From a virus: a stretch of 64,000 nucleotides of DNA. How positions within the stretch are numbered: position 1 is the first letter of the stretch; every line of letters starts with the position of its first letter. Both the position numbers and the translations under genes were made by a program. A model generated the notes under the pieces. It was not told the origin of the DNA. It did no database searches and worked only from the letters and a program-made list of their open reading frames with translations. The DNA lies in IMG/VR virus record IMGVR_UViG_3300008267_000780, positions 1 through 64,000 of that record. One strand, given 5' to 3'. Positions 18,156 to 27,344 of the stretch are shown here, in pieces.

Positions 18156-21100
18156 ATGAATAATCAAGCAAAAATTAAACTTGAGAAAATAAAGAAACTG
18201 AAACTCCCTGAAAAAGTTAGGGCTACAGCGGACAAAATCGAACAAGGTTTGTCAAGTGCAGACGCGGCTACTCAAAAGAAGGCTGAAGATGCATTGAATA
18301 AACTTTATACGCAAATTAAAGCAGTCGCGGCCAAACAGCGTGAAGAAAAAACGGAAAAAGAAGTCAATGAAAAGACGATTGTTCCGCAGAATTCAGACAT
18401 CGCGGCTCCTGAAGCCAAAAAAGAGTTGACAAAAAAAACGACTGTTGCAGATGACGTAATAGACAAGGCATTAAAAAACGACCCTGAACTTGCGGGATTT
18501 GGACGCTCTGATAAGCGTAGAGACGCAGGTAGAAAGGCTCTTCCCGCAGGAAGGCGTGTTGCACGAAAAGGATGGTCCAATCAGTTTGGTAAGTCGGACG
18601 GTGGTCGCGTTTATTATGAAAACCGTGAAAATCGTAAAGACCGTAAAAGCCCTTCATACAAGTCAGGATACCCATACTTGGCAAAAGGGGGTAAAATTCA
18701 CCCTATGGATGACGAAGACGGAACTTTTTATGTAAACCTTTACAAAACCAAAGGAGACCAAATGATGTCAGTTGATGAGCGCGAATACAGTTCTAAAGCA
18801 TCCGCTATGACCTACGCGATGATGAAGCGCGACTTTATGAAAGAGGGTGAAAGCATATTCGTGATGAATGATGACGGTGATGTGTTATACACATCTATAG
18901 GCACAAAAAAGATGGCTATGGGTGGTAAATTCCCTTATCAAAACGCTCAAGTTGGTGACAGTGCTCGAGTTATTCTTGACAACAAAATGGGAACCATTAT
19001 GGTCACATATGGTCGTCGTTTCCATTTAAAGTTTCCTGATGGTACGGAAAAGACTTATTCGGCTGAAGAATTGGAATTTTATCCTGATGATAATGTGATG
19101 GCCAAAGGTGGTGAATTGAAAAAAGGCGATAAAATTGTCGTGCTTGGTACGGAATTTGAATTTGTACGATATGAAATGGATTCAAGCCAAGGATATGACG
19201 AAGAACGTGTAATATTGAAAAATGAAAATGGTATTCGCTCTTATCCTAAAGATATGGTCGAAGCATATTCCCAATACGAAATGGCCAAAGGCGGCTATAT
19301 GGCGAAAGGTGGTTCCGTATTAAAACCAATAAAAATTTTAATAAAAAACCTTGACGGCAAAATTGTGTATACAACTACAAGTAGTAACAAAGCCGCAGAT
19401 TACTTAGTCCTTCACGATAGAGATAATTTGACTGTAGAAACTGAAGATGGCGAAGTAATATTCGCAAATGGTCAATATATGGCCGATGGTGGATATATTC
19501 CGTATGATGGGGCAATGAATTCGTTTAGAGATTTTCAAGTTTATGTAAAACAACGAATTTCAGAATATCCTGAATTGAAGGAAGAAATTTTGGAGTTTTA
19601 TTATCTTGCACAAAGTGAAATTGAAGAAGGGGGCTCTACGTATAGTGAAATAAGTAGAGGTTTTGAGGATATTGAAGACATAATTCGAGAACAAAAAATG
19701 GCCAAAGGTGGCTATATGGCTGAGGGAGAAAACTATGAGTATGTAAATACGTTCAAGCGTTTTGATAGCAATGTGCCCGTTCCTGATGAGGATTTTAAAA
19801 AATTGGTGGATGCTTATCACAAACAACTTTCGGGTGATAAACTTGCCGTTTCCAAGTATAAGGTTTTGAAACTTCAAATGGGCAACTATTTGGGTCATAA
19901 AACAGTTGAAGAAATGGAAGCGTACATTGAAAAAACCCACAATGCTCACAAAATGGCCAAAGGTGGCTATGTTGATATCGAAGCAAAATTAATCAAAGAA
20001 TTGCAAAAATTACAACGCGATTTAAATAGCAACAGATTAAATACCTATAGAGAAGGAGATAATTCTGATGCCGAAAAGGCTCGACAGAGAGAGCGCGAAT
20101 CTAAACTTGTTAGGTTCAATGAAATTTTAGAATTGCTTCGTGAAAACGACGCGAAGAAAATGGCCAAAGGTGGTACAATTAACAAACTCAAAGCCGATTC
20201 ATACGCTTACGGTTTTATGGAAGATTTTGATAAAACGAGAAGGATTGTCAAGATGAATTTTGGGGATGATACAAGAAAAGAATTTGAAAAAATAGTAAAG
20301 TCTAAGTTCTCTAAACACAAAGTATTTGAAGATGGTGGCTATATGGCTGATGGTGGGGCAATCAAGGGGTCAAATCCATCAACGGGTGAAAAATTTGGGG
20401 TGGTAATAGGCTCATTAAAAAAAGAAGATGGACTTACAACTTTGACAATTCGGAGTAGTTATTCAGCAAGAATCAAATCGTATGAATTAACTTTTGATGA
20501 AAAAGGATTTTTAAGGTCGATTGGGGATTTTGGTCATACTATTGATGGAACTTACCCTGATATGAAGGGTGGTCATTTAAGTGTAAAAAATGTCGATGCT
20601 GACAACAAAAAAGAAAGTATAGACGCACTTGCCAAAATAACAAGCCCATCTTTTGCCAAAAAAGTTTATGATTATGTACAAGAAGAAAAAATGGCAAAAG
20701 GTGGACCAACGGGCGATTACACCAATAGAAGGGACTTGAAATTAATCGTTATTAAAAACCCCAATAAGAGCGGGTCAAAGGATTATTTAACAATTGATAA
20801 AAAGGATTTCCTTGACGGGTTGCACAAATTTGAAGGTGGTGGTAGTTTGTCGAAAGGCTACACCTACATCAAAAGAGCCGATGTTAATCAAGTTGCCTAT
20901 TACGATAAGAATGGCAAGACACAAATTGAGTTCAAACCTAAGAATGGATTTTGGGTGAGCAAAAAAGCACTTGTGGATGCGGGGATGAACGAAAGTAAAG
21001 CCGAACCTAAAAAGACAAGTTTAAATTTTGGCACTACATCAATGCGTAAAACATCAAGTGGTTGGATTGCCAAAAACAAGGTTTCTAATTATAAGGGTTA

Positions 21101-21923
21101 CGATTGGGAAATCACTACGATGAAGAGTATGCGTGGCGATTTGGTTAGTACCGCAGTCGGTGGGAAAAATGAAAAAAGTGGTAGTGGGTACACGATGTTT
21201 ACCTATGTTATGTACCAAGACCCGAATGTTCGTTTGATAACATCAAAGCCATCAAGAATTACCGAAAAGGTTACTTTGGAACAACAAGAGAAAGCATTAA
21301 AAGAGTTTGAAACCAAGGTTACGGATAAATGGTATGCCGATGGTGGTAAAATTGGCTTTGAAGCCCTTTCCAAAAAAGTAGCGTCGCGATACGCAGGTAA
21401 AAAAGTTCAGCCCAAATATCAAGGCGAATATGGAAAGACTTACGATAAGGCTGAAGCAAAGGAAGTTGGCGACAAAGTAGCGGCAAAAGTTTATCGTATG
21501 CAGCAAGGTAAAATGGCTATGGGTGGTAAAATTGAACTTCCTTACGAATTAGACAAATATTTTACCAAGCCTGCAGGGACAATTGAAGTGGAAATGAGTA
21601 AGTTAATTCCTATTCGTGCACGAAAGGAAGGTATTGAAAATGCAGAAGTGTATATGAAGAAGGCTTACGATGGTAAAATGTCCAAGCGTAAACCTATTGA
21701 AATTTACAAAACGCGCAATAAAAAATATCGCGTGAACGATGGTAACAGTACCTATGCTGTGGCTAAAAAGAATGGTTGGGAAACTATTTATGCAACTGTA
21801 GTTTCCAATCCTAATGTCTCAAAACGTGCCGAAAAAAGTACATTTGCAATAGCAAAAGAAATCAGAAAAGAAGGCGAAAAATGGAGTGATGCTGTAAAAA
21901 GAGTAAAGGAAAACAGAAAATGA
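18156..21923 (+). CDS. MAxGG-punctuated polyprotein with C-terminal ParB/Srx-like domain
   Basis: 15 copies of [MFYL]-[AE]-x-G-G; KPIEIY...YRVNDGNSTYAVAKKNGWETIYATV. Confidence 0.75.
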   Translation: MNNQAKIKLEKIKKLKLPEKVRATADKIEQGLSSADAATQKKAEDALNKLYTQIKAVAAKQREEKTEKEVNEKTIVPQNSDIAAPEAKKELTKKTTVADDVIDKALKNDPELAGFGRSDKRRDAGRKALPAGRRVARKGWSNQFGKSDGGRVYYENRENRKDRKSPSYKSGYPYLAKGGKIHPMDDEDGTFYVNLYKTKGDQMMSVDEREYSSKASAMTYAMMKRDFMKEGESIFVMNDDGDVLYTSIGTKKMAMGGKFPYQNAQVGDSARVILDNKMGTIMVTYGRRFHLKFPDGTEKTYSAEELEFYPDDNVMAKGGELKKGDKIVVLGTEFEFVRYEMDSSQGYDEERVILKNENGIRSYPKDMVEAYSQYEMAKGGYMAKGGSVLKPIKILIKNLDGKIVYTTTSSNKAADYLVLHDRDNLTVETEDGEVIFANGQYMADGGYIPYDGAMNSFRDFQVYVKQRISEYPELKEEILEFYYLAQSEIEEGGSTYSEISRGFEDIEDIIREQKMAKGGYMAEGENYEYVNTFKRFDSNVPVPDEDFKKLVDAYHKQLSGDKLAVSKYKVLKLQMGNYLGHKTVEEMEAYIEKTHNAHKMAKGGYVDIEAKLIKELQKLQRDLNSNRLNTYREGDNSDAEKARQRERESKLVRFNEILELLRENDAKKMAKGGTINKLKADSYAYGFMEDFDKTRRIVKMNFGDDTRKEFEKIVKSKFSKHKVFEDGGYMADGGAIKGSNPSTGEKFGVVIGSLKKEDGLTTLTIRSSYSARIKSYELTFDEKGFLRSIGDFGHTIDGTYPDMKGGHLSVKNVDADNKKESIDALAKITSPSFAKKVYDYVQEEKMAKGGPTGDYTNRRDLKLIVIKNPNKSGSKDYLTIDKKDFLDGLHKFEGGGSLSKGYTYIKRADVNQVAYYDKNGKTQIEFKPKNGFWVSKKALVDAGMNESKAEPKKTSLNFGTTSMRKTSSGWIAKNKVSNYKGYDWEITTMKSMRGDLVSTAVGGKNEKSGSGYTMFTYVMYQDPNVRLITSKPSRITEKVTLEQQEKALKEFETKVTDKWYADGGKIGFEALSKKVASRYAGKKVQPKYQGEYGKTYDKAEAKEVGDKVAAKVYRMQQGKMAMGGKIELPYELDKYFTKPAGTIEVEMSKLIPIRARKEGIENAEVYMKKAYDGKMSKRKPIEIYKTRNKKYRVNDGNSTYAVAKKNGWETIYATVVSNPNVSKRAEKSTFAIAKEIRKEGEKWSDAVKRVKENRK

Positions 21924-23035
21924 AACTATTAAAATTAACCAAACAGGAAGTTGCAAAACTTCAAAAGCAATACAAATTTGGGTCTGATTTATCCAAGCAA
22001 GACGTAGTAGTCAAAATATTTAACCCTTATGGTAGGGGAAGATGGTATTTGGTAAATCAAGACCCTAAGGACCCTGATTACATTTGGGCGATTGTAGATT
22101 TAGGGATGGGACCTGAAGTTGGCTCAGTGAGTTTGAGCGAACTGCAGAACCTGCGAATGCCTGTATATGGGTATAAATTCCCGTTGGAAAAAGACAGATT
22201 TACACAACGAAATGCTGTCGAAGTTTTTGAAGGATTGCAGCGCGGCAATTATTTTGCAGATGGTGGAGAAATCAAAGTAGAAGTTGCTCAAAAAGACATT
22301 TACAACAAAAATCATTACAAAGGTATATTCCAAGATTCCGACAAAGACGGTGTTCCTGACATTGATGATGCACAACCGAAAAATCCAAAATTACAGGGAG
22401 AGGTTGAAGAGTTGAAGTTCTCTCAAGTGTTTGATAGGCTAATAAAAACGAAAAGGTCTTTGGACAAAATTATGAGGGCGGCTATCTCAAAACTCAAGGT
22501 GATTTCCCCTGTAGGAAGTACGATTTATGCTCGAACCAAAACGCCTTATTCCATAATCAACAAATTGATTAATAAAAAGTCTACGAGCCTTGAAAGAAGC
22601 AAATTGGGTGATGTTGAAGGTTTGACGGATTTAATTGGAACCACAGTAGTTGTCAAAAATTTGAGTGGTATCGAACAGGTATCAAAAGAATTAGACAAAG
22701 GCGCATTGGGTGAAATATTGGAAAAAAAAGATTATTACGAAAACCCAAAAGCGGGTTATCGTGCAATTCACTACATCACCATTTTTGAGGGTGTTGCTAT
22801 TGAAGTGCAATTGAAAACTTATCGTCAAAAAGAAATCAATGAGGCCTCTCACCAAGCGTACAAATACGAAAATCTTGAAGCGGACCGTTTGTTGTATTTG
22901 ACCAATTTGGCGAATGAGGCTGATATGGGAGACCGAAAAGCCCAAATAGAAATTGACAAAATTTTCCTCGATAAAAAAGCCTTAAAGGAATCTTTGTACA
23001 AAGACAAAGTCAGAGGAAATAAATTACCTTCGTAA
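21920..23035 (+). CDS. DUF2958-like domain plus RelA/SpoT small alarmone synthetase
   Basis: KIFNPYGRGRWY...PEVGSVSLSEL; ARTKTPYSIINK, DLIG, DYYENPKAGYRAIH, EVQLKT. Confidence 0.85.
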   Translation: MKLLKLTKQEVAKLQKQYKFGSDLSKQDVVVKIFNPYGRGRWYLVNQDPKDPDYIWAIVDLGMGPEVGSVSLSELQNLRMPVYGYKFPLEKDRFTQRNAVEVFEGLQRGNYFADGGEIKVEVAQKDIYNKNHYKGIFQDSDKDGVPDIDDAQPKNPKLQGEVEELKFSQVFDRLIKTKRSLDKIMRAAISKLKVISPVGSTIYARTKTPYSIINKLINKKSTSLERSKLGDVEGLTDLIGTTVVVKNLSGIEQVSKELDKGALGEILEKKDYYENPKAGYRAIHYITIFEGVAIEVQLKTYRQKEINEASHQAYKYENLEADRLLYLTNLANEADMGDRKAQIEIDKIFLDKKALKESLYKDKVRGNKLPS

Positions 23036-23049
23036 TAAAATTTACACAT

Positions 23050-23481
23050 ATGAAAAATATAACCACTATCCTACAGGAGAAAAATGTGAAAGTCGACACT
23101 TTGCCCGACAACATTCAAAGTGCAATTGAAAATTCAATGAACCTTTTCGAAGACATTCAAACTTTAGAAGACACGTTGACTGAAGAGTCTACAGATGAAG
23201 AAAAAGCAGAATTCAACGAATTAAAGGAAACCCACGAAGATTTTAACGAACAGATTCTTGGGGCAATTGACAATTTTCAAGAAGAACTTGAAGCAAAGAA
23301 AAAAGCCCAAAATAATGCAAGTCCTGCGCCTGCGCCTGCGCCTGAACCAAAACCTGCAACACCTCCATCATCAAATCCCGAACCCAAAAAAAAAGGAATT
23401 GGATTTGGTACTTTCATTATCGGAGCGGCAGTTTTGATTGTAACTGCAGGTGCTGTTAATATGATGAGAAATAAGAACTAA
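23050..23481 (+). CDS. acidic protein with C-terminal membrane anchor
   Basis: Pro-rich linker, then KKKGIGFGTFIIGAAVLIVTAGAV. Confidence 0.75.
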   Translation: MKNITTILQEKNVKVDTLPDNIQSAIENSMNLFEDIQTLEDTLTEESTDEEKAEFNELKETHEDFNEQILGAIDNFQEELEAKKKAQNNASPAPAPAPEPKPATPPSSNPEPKKKGIGFGTFIIGAAVLIVTAGAVNMMRNKN

Positions 23482-23690
23482 TGGAAAAAATACCCCAACA
23501 CTATTTTGCGTTTAATCCACAGTCTGTCCGTTGGATGGATATGGTGTTTGTTGCACCTATTATGATTTATGCGGGTGTGAAGGGGGATTTTAAACCATAT
23601 GTGAAATTTTCACTCATCGCGATTGGCTCTTTGACTTTTCTTTACAACGGCATTAATTATGTAACCAATTTGCAAAACGGAGAAAAATGA
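23481..23690 (+). CDS. two-TM small membrane protein
   Basis: VRWMDMVFVAPIMIYAG and SLIAIGSLTFLYNG. Confidence 0.7.
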   Translation: MEKIPQHYFAFNPQSVRWMDMVFVAPIMIYAGVKGDFKPYVKFSLIAIGSLTFLYNGINYVTNLQNGEK

Positions 23691-23980
23691 GTTACCGTAT
23701 TACAAGATACACTTTTGAACAGGCTAAAAAATTGGGGGTGACTGTAAAGCCGTCCACAGTTCAAGGCAAAAAGATTGATGTATTCAAGAACGGAACGAAA
23801 TTGGCCTCAGTTGGTGCTATAGGGTACAATGATTATCCAACATTTATGCGATTGGAGCGCGAGGGAAAGGTTCCTTCAGGAACAGCGAATTTGCGTCGGA
23901 AAGCATATAAAATCAGACATCAAAAAGACAGAACCGTCCGTGGAAGTAATGGATGGTACGCTGACAAATTATTATGGTAA
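23687..23980 (+). CDS. Tlr6F-like basic protein
   Basis: KPST..GKK..V...G..GY.DY...RR.AY..RH......G..A..LLW pattern. Confidence 0.7.
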   Translation: MSYRITRYTFEQAKKLGVTVKPSTVQGKKIDVFKNGTKLASVGAIGYNDYPTFMRLEREGKVPSGTANLRRKAYKIRHQKDRTVRGSNGWYADKLLW

Positions 23981-24132
23981 TGGACAAGAAATTAAAAGTA
24001 GTAATCGTGGCCTCAGTAGGTATTGCTGCAATATTGATTGGAGTGTCTTTGCTCTTTATTCAAAGGGGTATTGACCGAAAAGCAATTACAGAAGAAGACC
24101 GAAATGTTTTAAGACAAATTCGAATTTCATAA
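23980..24132 (+). CDS. small membrane protein (50 aa, not in ORF track)
   Basis: MDKKLKVVIVASVGIAAILIGVSLLFIQRG...; TAATG overlap. Confidence 0.65.
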   Translation: MDKKLKVVIVASVGIAAILIGVSLLFIQRGIDRKAITEEDRNVLRQIRIS

Positions 24133-24134
24133 TT

Positions 24135-24860
24135 ATGGAAATCAAGATACCTGCAATTCAAAAGGAGTGGAAAGTCCCTGCAAATCAACCACCTTGGAAA
24201 AGTCAAGCAACGGCTGTGATAAAAAAAATCAAGGCGAATTATAGTGGGCAAATGGCAAAAGCATCGCAATACACAGGGGTTCCTGTGAATATTTTGGTAG
24301 CGTTTGCCGCCACAGAAAGTGGAGGCGCGTTGAATCAAACTTTAAATGGTCCATCCAAAGGAATTATGCAAGTAAACCCTTCTTCGGCTTGGCAAGCACT
24401 ATCTGACCAAATCAAAGTCGATACGATAGGTAGATTCTACCCCCTTTACCAATTGGCCCCTAATGCATTCGTGGTGAAAAAACCCGTTGCTACAAACTCA
24501 GTAGGAAAGGCTACGGATTATTTGACCTTGAAACCTGTAACTACAGCGTCCGCATATCTTGGGCAAAGAATGGTCGCTGATGCGCAATTTGCTATTTATA
24601 TGGGTTCGTTGTTATTGGCACAGTTAATAGCGGGTACAATCGCTAAAACAGGCCAAATCAGACTTGACCACATCATCATTAAATACAATGCGGGTACGGG
24701 ACGATTCAGGCAGGTGGTAACGAGCAGAGGTTTGGAAAGCGCGAGTGTGGACACAACACAGTTGTATAATCAGTTACCAATTCCTGTTTCTCAAGCGTAC
24801 ATCGTCAAAATGATGGGAATAAATGGCTATTTAGATGTTCAAAAACAGGGTTTGGCGTAA
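24135..24860 (+). CDS. lytic transglycosylase (SLT family)
   Basis: ILVAFAATESGG (catalytic E-S), GIMQV, YNAG, YIVK. Confidence 0.85.
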   Translation: MEIKIPAIQKEWKVPANQPPWKSQATAVIKKIKANYSGQMAKASQYTGVPVNILVAFAATESGGALNQTLNGPSKGIMQVNPSSAWQALSDQIKVDTIGRFYPLYQLAPNAFVVKKPVATNSVGKATDYLTLKPVTTASAYLGQRMVADAQFAIYMGSLLLAQLIAGTIAKTGQIRLDHIIIKYNAGTGRFRQVVTSRGLESASVDTTQLYNQLPIPVSQAYIVKMMGINGYLDVQKQGLA

Positions 24861-24930
24861 ATAATATGACGGCATTGAACTGTAGAAAAAACTCACTATT
24901 TTTGTTTTAATCAATTAACTACATAATACT

Positions 24931-25050
24931 ATGGCAAATACTAAATCAGGATTCGTACCAATGGCTGTTGGGATTGCATTGTCTCTTGCAACAATTTATG
25001 TTATCGCATACTTTGCAGGCAAGGGATGGGAGAAAGCAACCGATAAGTAA
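24931..25050 (+). CDS. small membrane protein (39 aa, not in ORF track)
   Basis: MANTKSGFVPMAVGIALSLATIYVIAYFAGKGWEKATDK. Confidence 0.65.
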   Translation: MANTKSGFVPMAVGIALSLATIYVIAYFAGKGWEKATDK

Positions 25051-25052
25051 TT

Positions 25053-25547
25053 GTGAAAGGAATTTTCAAAGAAATATTGGATGCGACCCAAGGTCCGCAC
25101 GCAAATGGAGTTCTCTACGCAGGGGCTGTAGGACTTTTATTGTCCAATATTATTCCAACCCCCGCAGATGCTTTATATTTCCATCGTGAGAAAAAACTCA
25201 AGGAGAAATGGGACAATAAAGAAATCACACCCGAAAAATATTGGCAAAAAACTGCAACCGCCTATTACGTGTATAAACCCGTATGGTGGGGACTTGTAAT
25301 TAGTGCAATGTATTTTACCAAAGGCGATGTCAAGGACAAAGCGAAGATAGGTTTGATGATTGTAGGAGCAGGAGCCGTAGTAGGGATAGTTTACAGAAAT
25401 TACACAAAAGACATTCAAGATGTTCGTCGAGAAGTTTTGACTTCTATGGAGCCAAAGAAAAACATTACAGGTCCAAATAAGCCTGTGAAAGTTGGTCAAT
25501 ACAGGTCAGTTCTTCGAAAAGGAAACGTCTTAAAGTTTGTCGCTTAA
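25053..25547 (+). CDS. multi-pass membrane protein
   Basis: three hydrophobic segments; GTG start. Confidence 0.7.
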   Translation: MKGIFKEILDATQGPHANGVLYAGAVGLLLSNIIPTPADALYFHREKKLKEKWDNKEITPEKYWQKTATAYYVYKPVWWGLVISAMYFTKGDVKDKAKIGLMIVGAGAVVGIVYRNYTKDIQDVRREVLTSMEPKKNITGPNKPVKVGQYRSVLRKGNVLKFVA

Positions 25548-25557
25548 TAAAAAAGAA

Positions 25558-25911
25558 ATGGAAAATTTAACAGGAGCACCCGCAGCAGCCGCAGCACCCG
25601 CTGCCCCCGCAGCCCCCGCTGCACCCGCAGCACCTGCAGCACCCGTAATGGCGCAAGGTGGTAGTGTAGCAGATGCCGCACCGAAAATGGTAGAGGGTGG
25701 CGACGTTTCATCAATAGAAACCAATTGGGGAACTTGGATTGCAATTGGCTTGGTGTCACTTACGCTTGTTTCATTGATTTTACAGATTGCTGTACATCGC
25801 AAAAATTTAAAGAAAGTCGATGCAGACGATGAAGCATTGCAAAAAGATGTCAGGGAACTGAAAATGAATGTGAAAAAACAAATGGGCGAAAAGTATGAAA
25901 CCTTGGCTTGA
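25558..25911 (+). CDS. membrane protein with PAA repeat and MAQGG/MVEGG motifs
   Basis: MENLTG-(PAA)n-VMAQGG...KMVEGG, TM WIAIGLVSLTLVSLILQIAV. Confidence 0.7.
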   Translation: MENLTGAPAAAAAPAAPAAPAAPAAPAAPVMAQGGSVADAAPKMVEGGDVSSIETNWGTWIAIGLVSLTLVSLILQIAVHRKNLKKVDADDEALQKDVRELKMNVKKQMGEKYETLA

Positions 25912-26542
25912 CGAAGTCACGTATGGCAACCCAAATGATGAATTACTTCCCTATTTAGAAAAAGGGGAGTTTGATTTCGTATTCGAAGCACTCAAAAAAT
26001 TCCCACCGCCTAAAAATTCTTCGGAAACTACGCGGGATGAAATGAGAGAACTTATTTCGATTCAGAACTCTCCTGAGCAAAAAAACGAAGAAATTATGTC
26101 ACGGTATTTGAACTATGACAAAAATTTCGGAGATGTATTCAAAACTTATTGCAAAGACACAATAGGGGAAAATATGGATGACGTAATCGACCAAATTACA
26201 AAAGATGGTTTTTACGTCCTGACAAAATTAAAATTCTTTTACCAAAGGCCGCGTCCCTATCAGTTGGCACAATATTTAAGGGCGCGTCTTTTTCCTTATG
26301 CTGCAGCCACCGCTTTGACACCTGCATATCCTTCAGGACACTCGTTTGAGTCATATGCTTTGGCAGAATATATTGGAAGTAAGTATCCCGAACATTATCA
26401 GTTTTTGACTGATTTATCACACGATATATCAATTAGTCGATTATTTCTTGGATTGCATTTTGCCACTGATTTAGATTTTGGCAGATTTGCGGCTAAGAAA
26501 TATGTAGGCTCAAAGCAATTTGCAAGTAAATATGGAATATGA
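25895..26542 (+). CDS. PAP2/haloperoxidase-superfamily phosphatase
   Basis: KFFYQRPRP, YPSGH, SRLFLGLHFATD: all three PAP2 motifs. Confidence 0.9.
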   Translation: MKPWLDEVTYGNPNDELLPYLEKGEFDFVFEALKKFPPPKNSSETTRDEMRELISIQNSPEQKNEEIMSRYLNYDKNFGDVFKTYCKDTIGENMDDVIDQITKDGFYVLTKLKFFYQRPRPYQLAQYLRARLFPYAAATALTPAYPSGHSFESYALAEYIGSKYPEHYQFLTDLSHDISISRLFLGLHFATDLDFGRFAAKKYVGSKQFASKYGI

Positions 26543-26945
26543 ATTTCTCGTAACACCAATCGGCAAGCCGAGAATGACCCAACGGGACAAGTGGTTAAAT
26601 CCACCCCGTAAACCAATATTGAATTACAGAATTGCAAAACACGGTATTCAACATTATGCCTGTGAACAAAATTTTACTTTGCCCGAAATAATTAATGTTA
26701 TTTTTGTTTTACCTGTTTCAGAATCTTGGAGCAATAAGAAAAAAACATCAATGATTGGGCAGCCACATCGCCAAAAACCCGATTTGGATAATATCCTCAA
26801 ATTTTTGATGGATAGCCTTCTCCCAAACGGAGGTGATGAAGTTGTGCATACCATAAACGCCCGTAAAATTTGGGGTGAACACGGTAAAATATTAATTGAA
26901 ACAAAAAATGACTCGACAACGGAAAATCGAAACGAAGCCAATTGA
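26532..26945 (+). CDS. rusA: RusA-like Holliday junction resolvase
   Basis: KPRMTQRDKW, HRQKPDLDNILKFLMDSL..DE. Confidence 0.8.
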   Translation: MEYEFLVTPIGKPRMTQRDKWLNPPRKPILNYRIAKHGIQHYACEQNFTLPEIINVIFVLPVSESWSNKKKTSMIGQPHRQKPDLDNILKFLMDSLLPNGGDEVVHTINARKIWGEHGKILIETKNDSTTENRNEAN

Positions 26946-27342
26946 ACAATTATTCTCGGCATTGAGTGAGACGCTCAATGAAATTGGGTATATGCGAACC
27001 ATTCACCTACTGAGAAAAGGTCAAGAAAACGTATGGAATTCAGACTTGAAAGTTGCTACTGATGCAGTTTGCAAGGTATTTAATATTTCTCCCGATGTGG
27101 TATTTGGTAAATCAAGAAAATATCCCCGAAAATATGCTTTCGCTATTTGGGTTTATTTATCGTACACCAAATTAAATTACACGCTCCCCGATTTAGTGAA
27201 CTATACCCATAAGTCTTTGTCGACAATCAGCAAGGCTAAAGGCAGTATCGATAATCGAAAAAGCGTCACCGCATTTGAAAAGAAAATTAACGAAAAACTT
27301 GATGAATGCATACAAATCATAAATGAAATCAAACCCGAATAA
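26908..27342 (+). CDS. DnaA C-terminal-like HTH protein
   Basis: VCKVFNISPDVVFGKSRK...YTLPDLVNYTHKSLSTISKA. Confidence 0.6.
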   Translation: MTRQRKIETKPIEQLFSALSETLNEIGYMRTIHLLRKGQENVWNSDLKVATDAVCKVFNISPDVVFGKSRKYPRKYAFAIWVYLSYTKLNYTLPDLVNYTHKSLSTISKAKGSIDNRKSVTAFEKKINEKLDECIQIINEIKPE

Positions 27343-27344
27343 TT

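Noticed and set aside
18156-21923. CRISPR-like repeat-spacer array from the MAKGG DNA repeats
   Set aside because: Repeats are short, degenerate, irregularly spaced and in frame within a long ORF; no cas genes.
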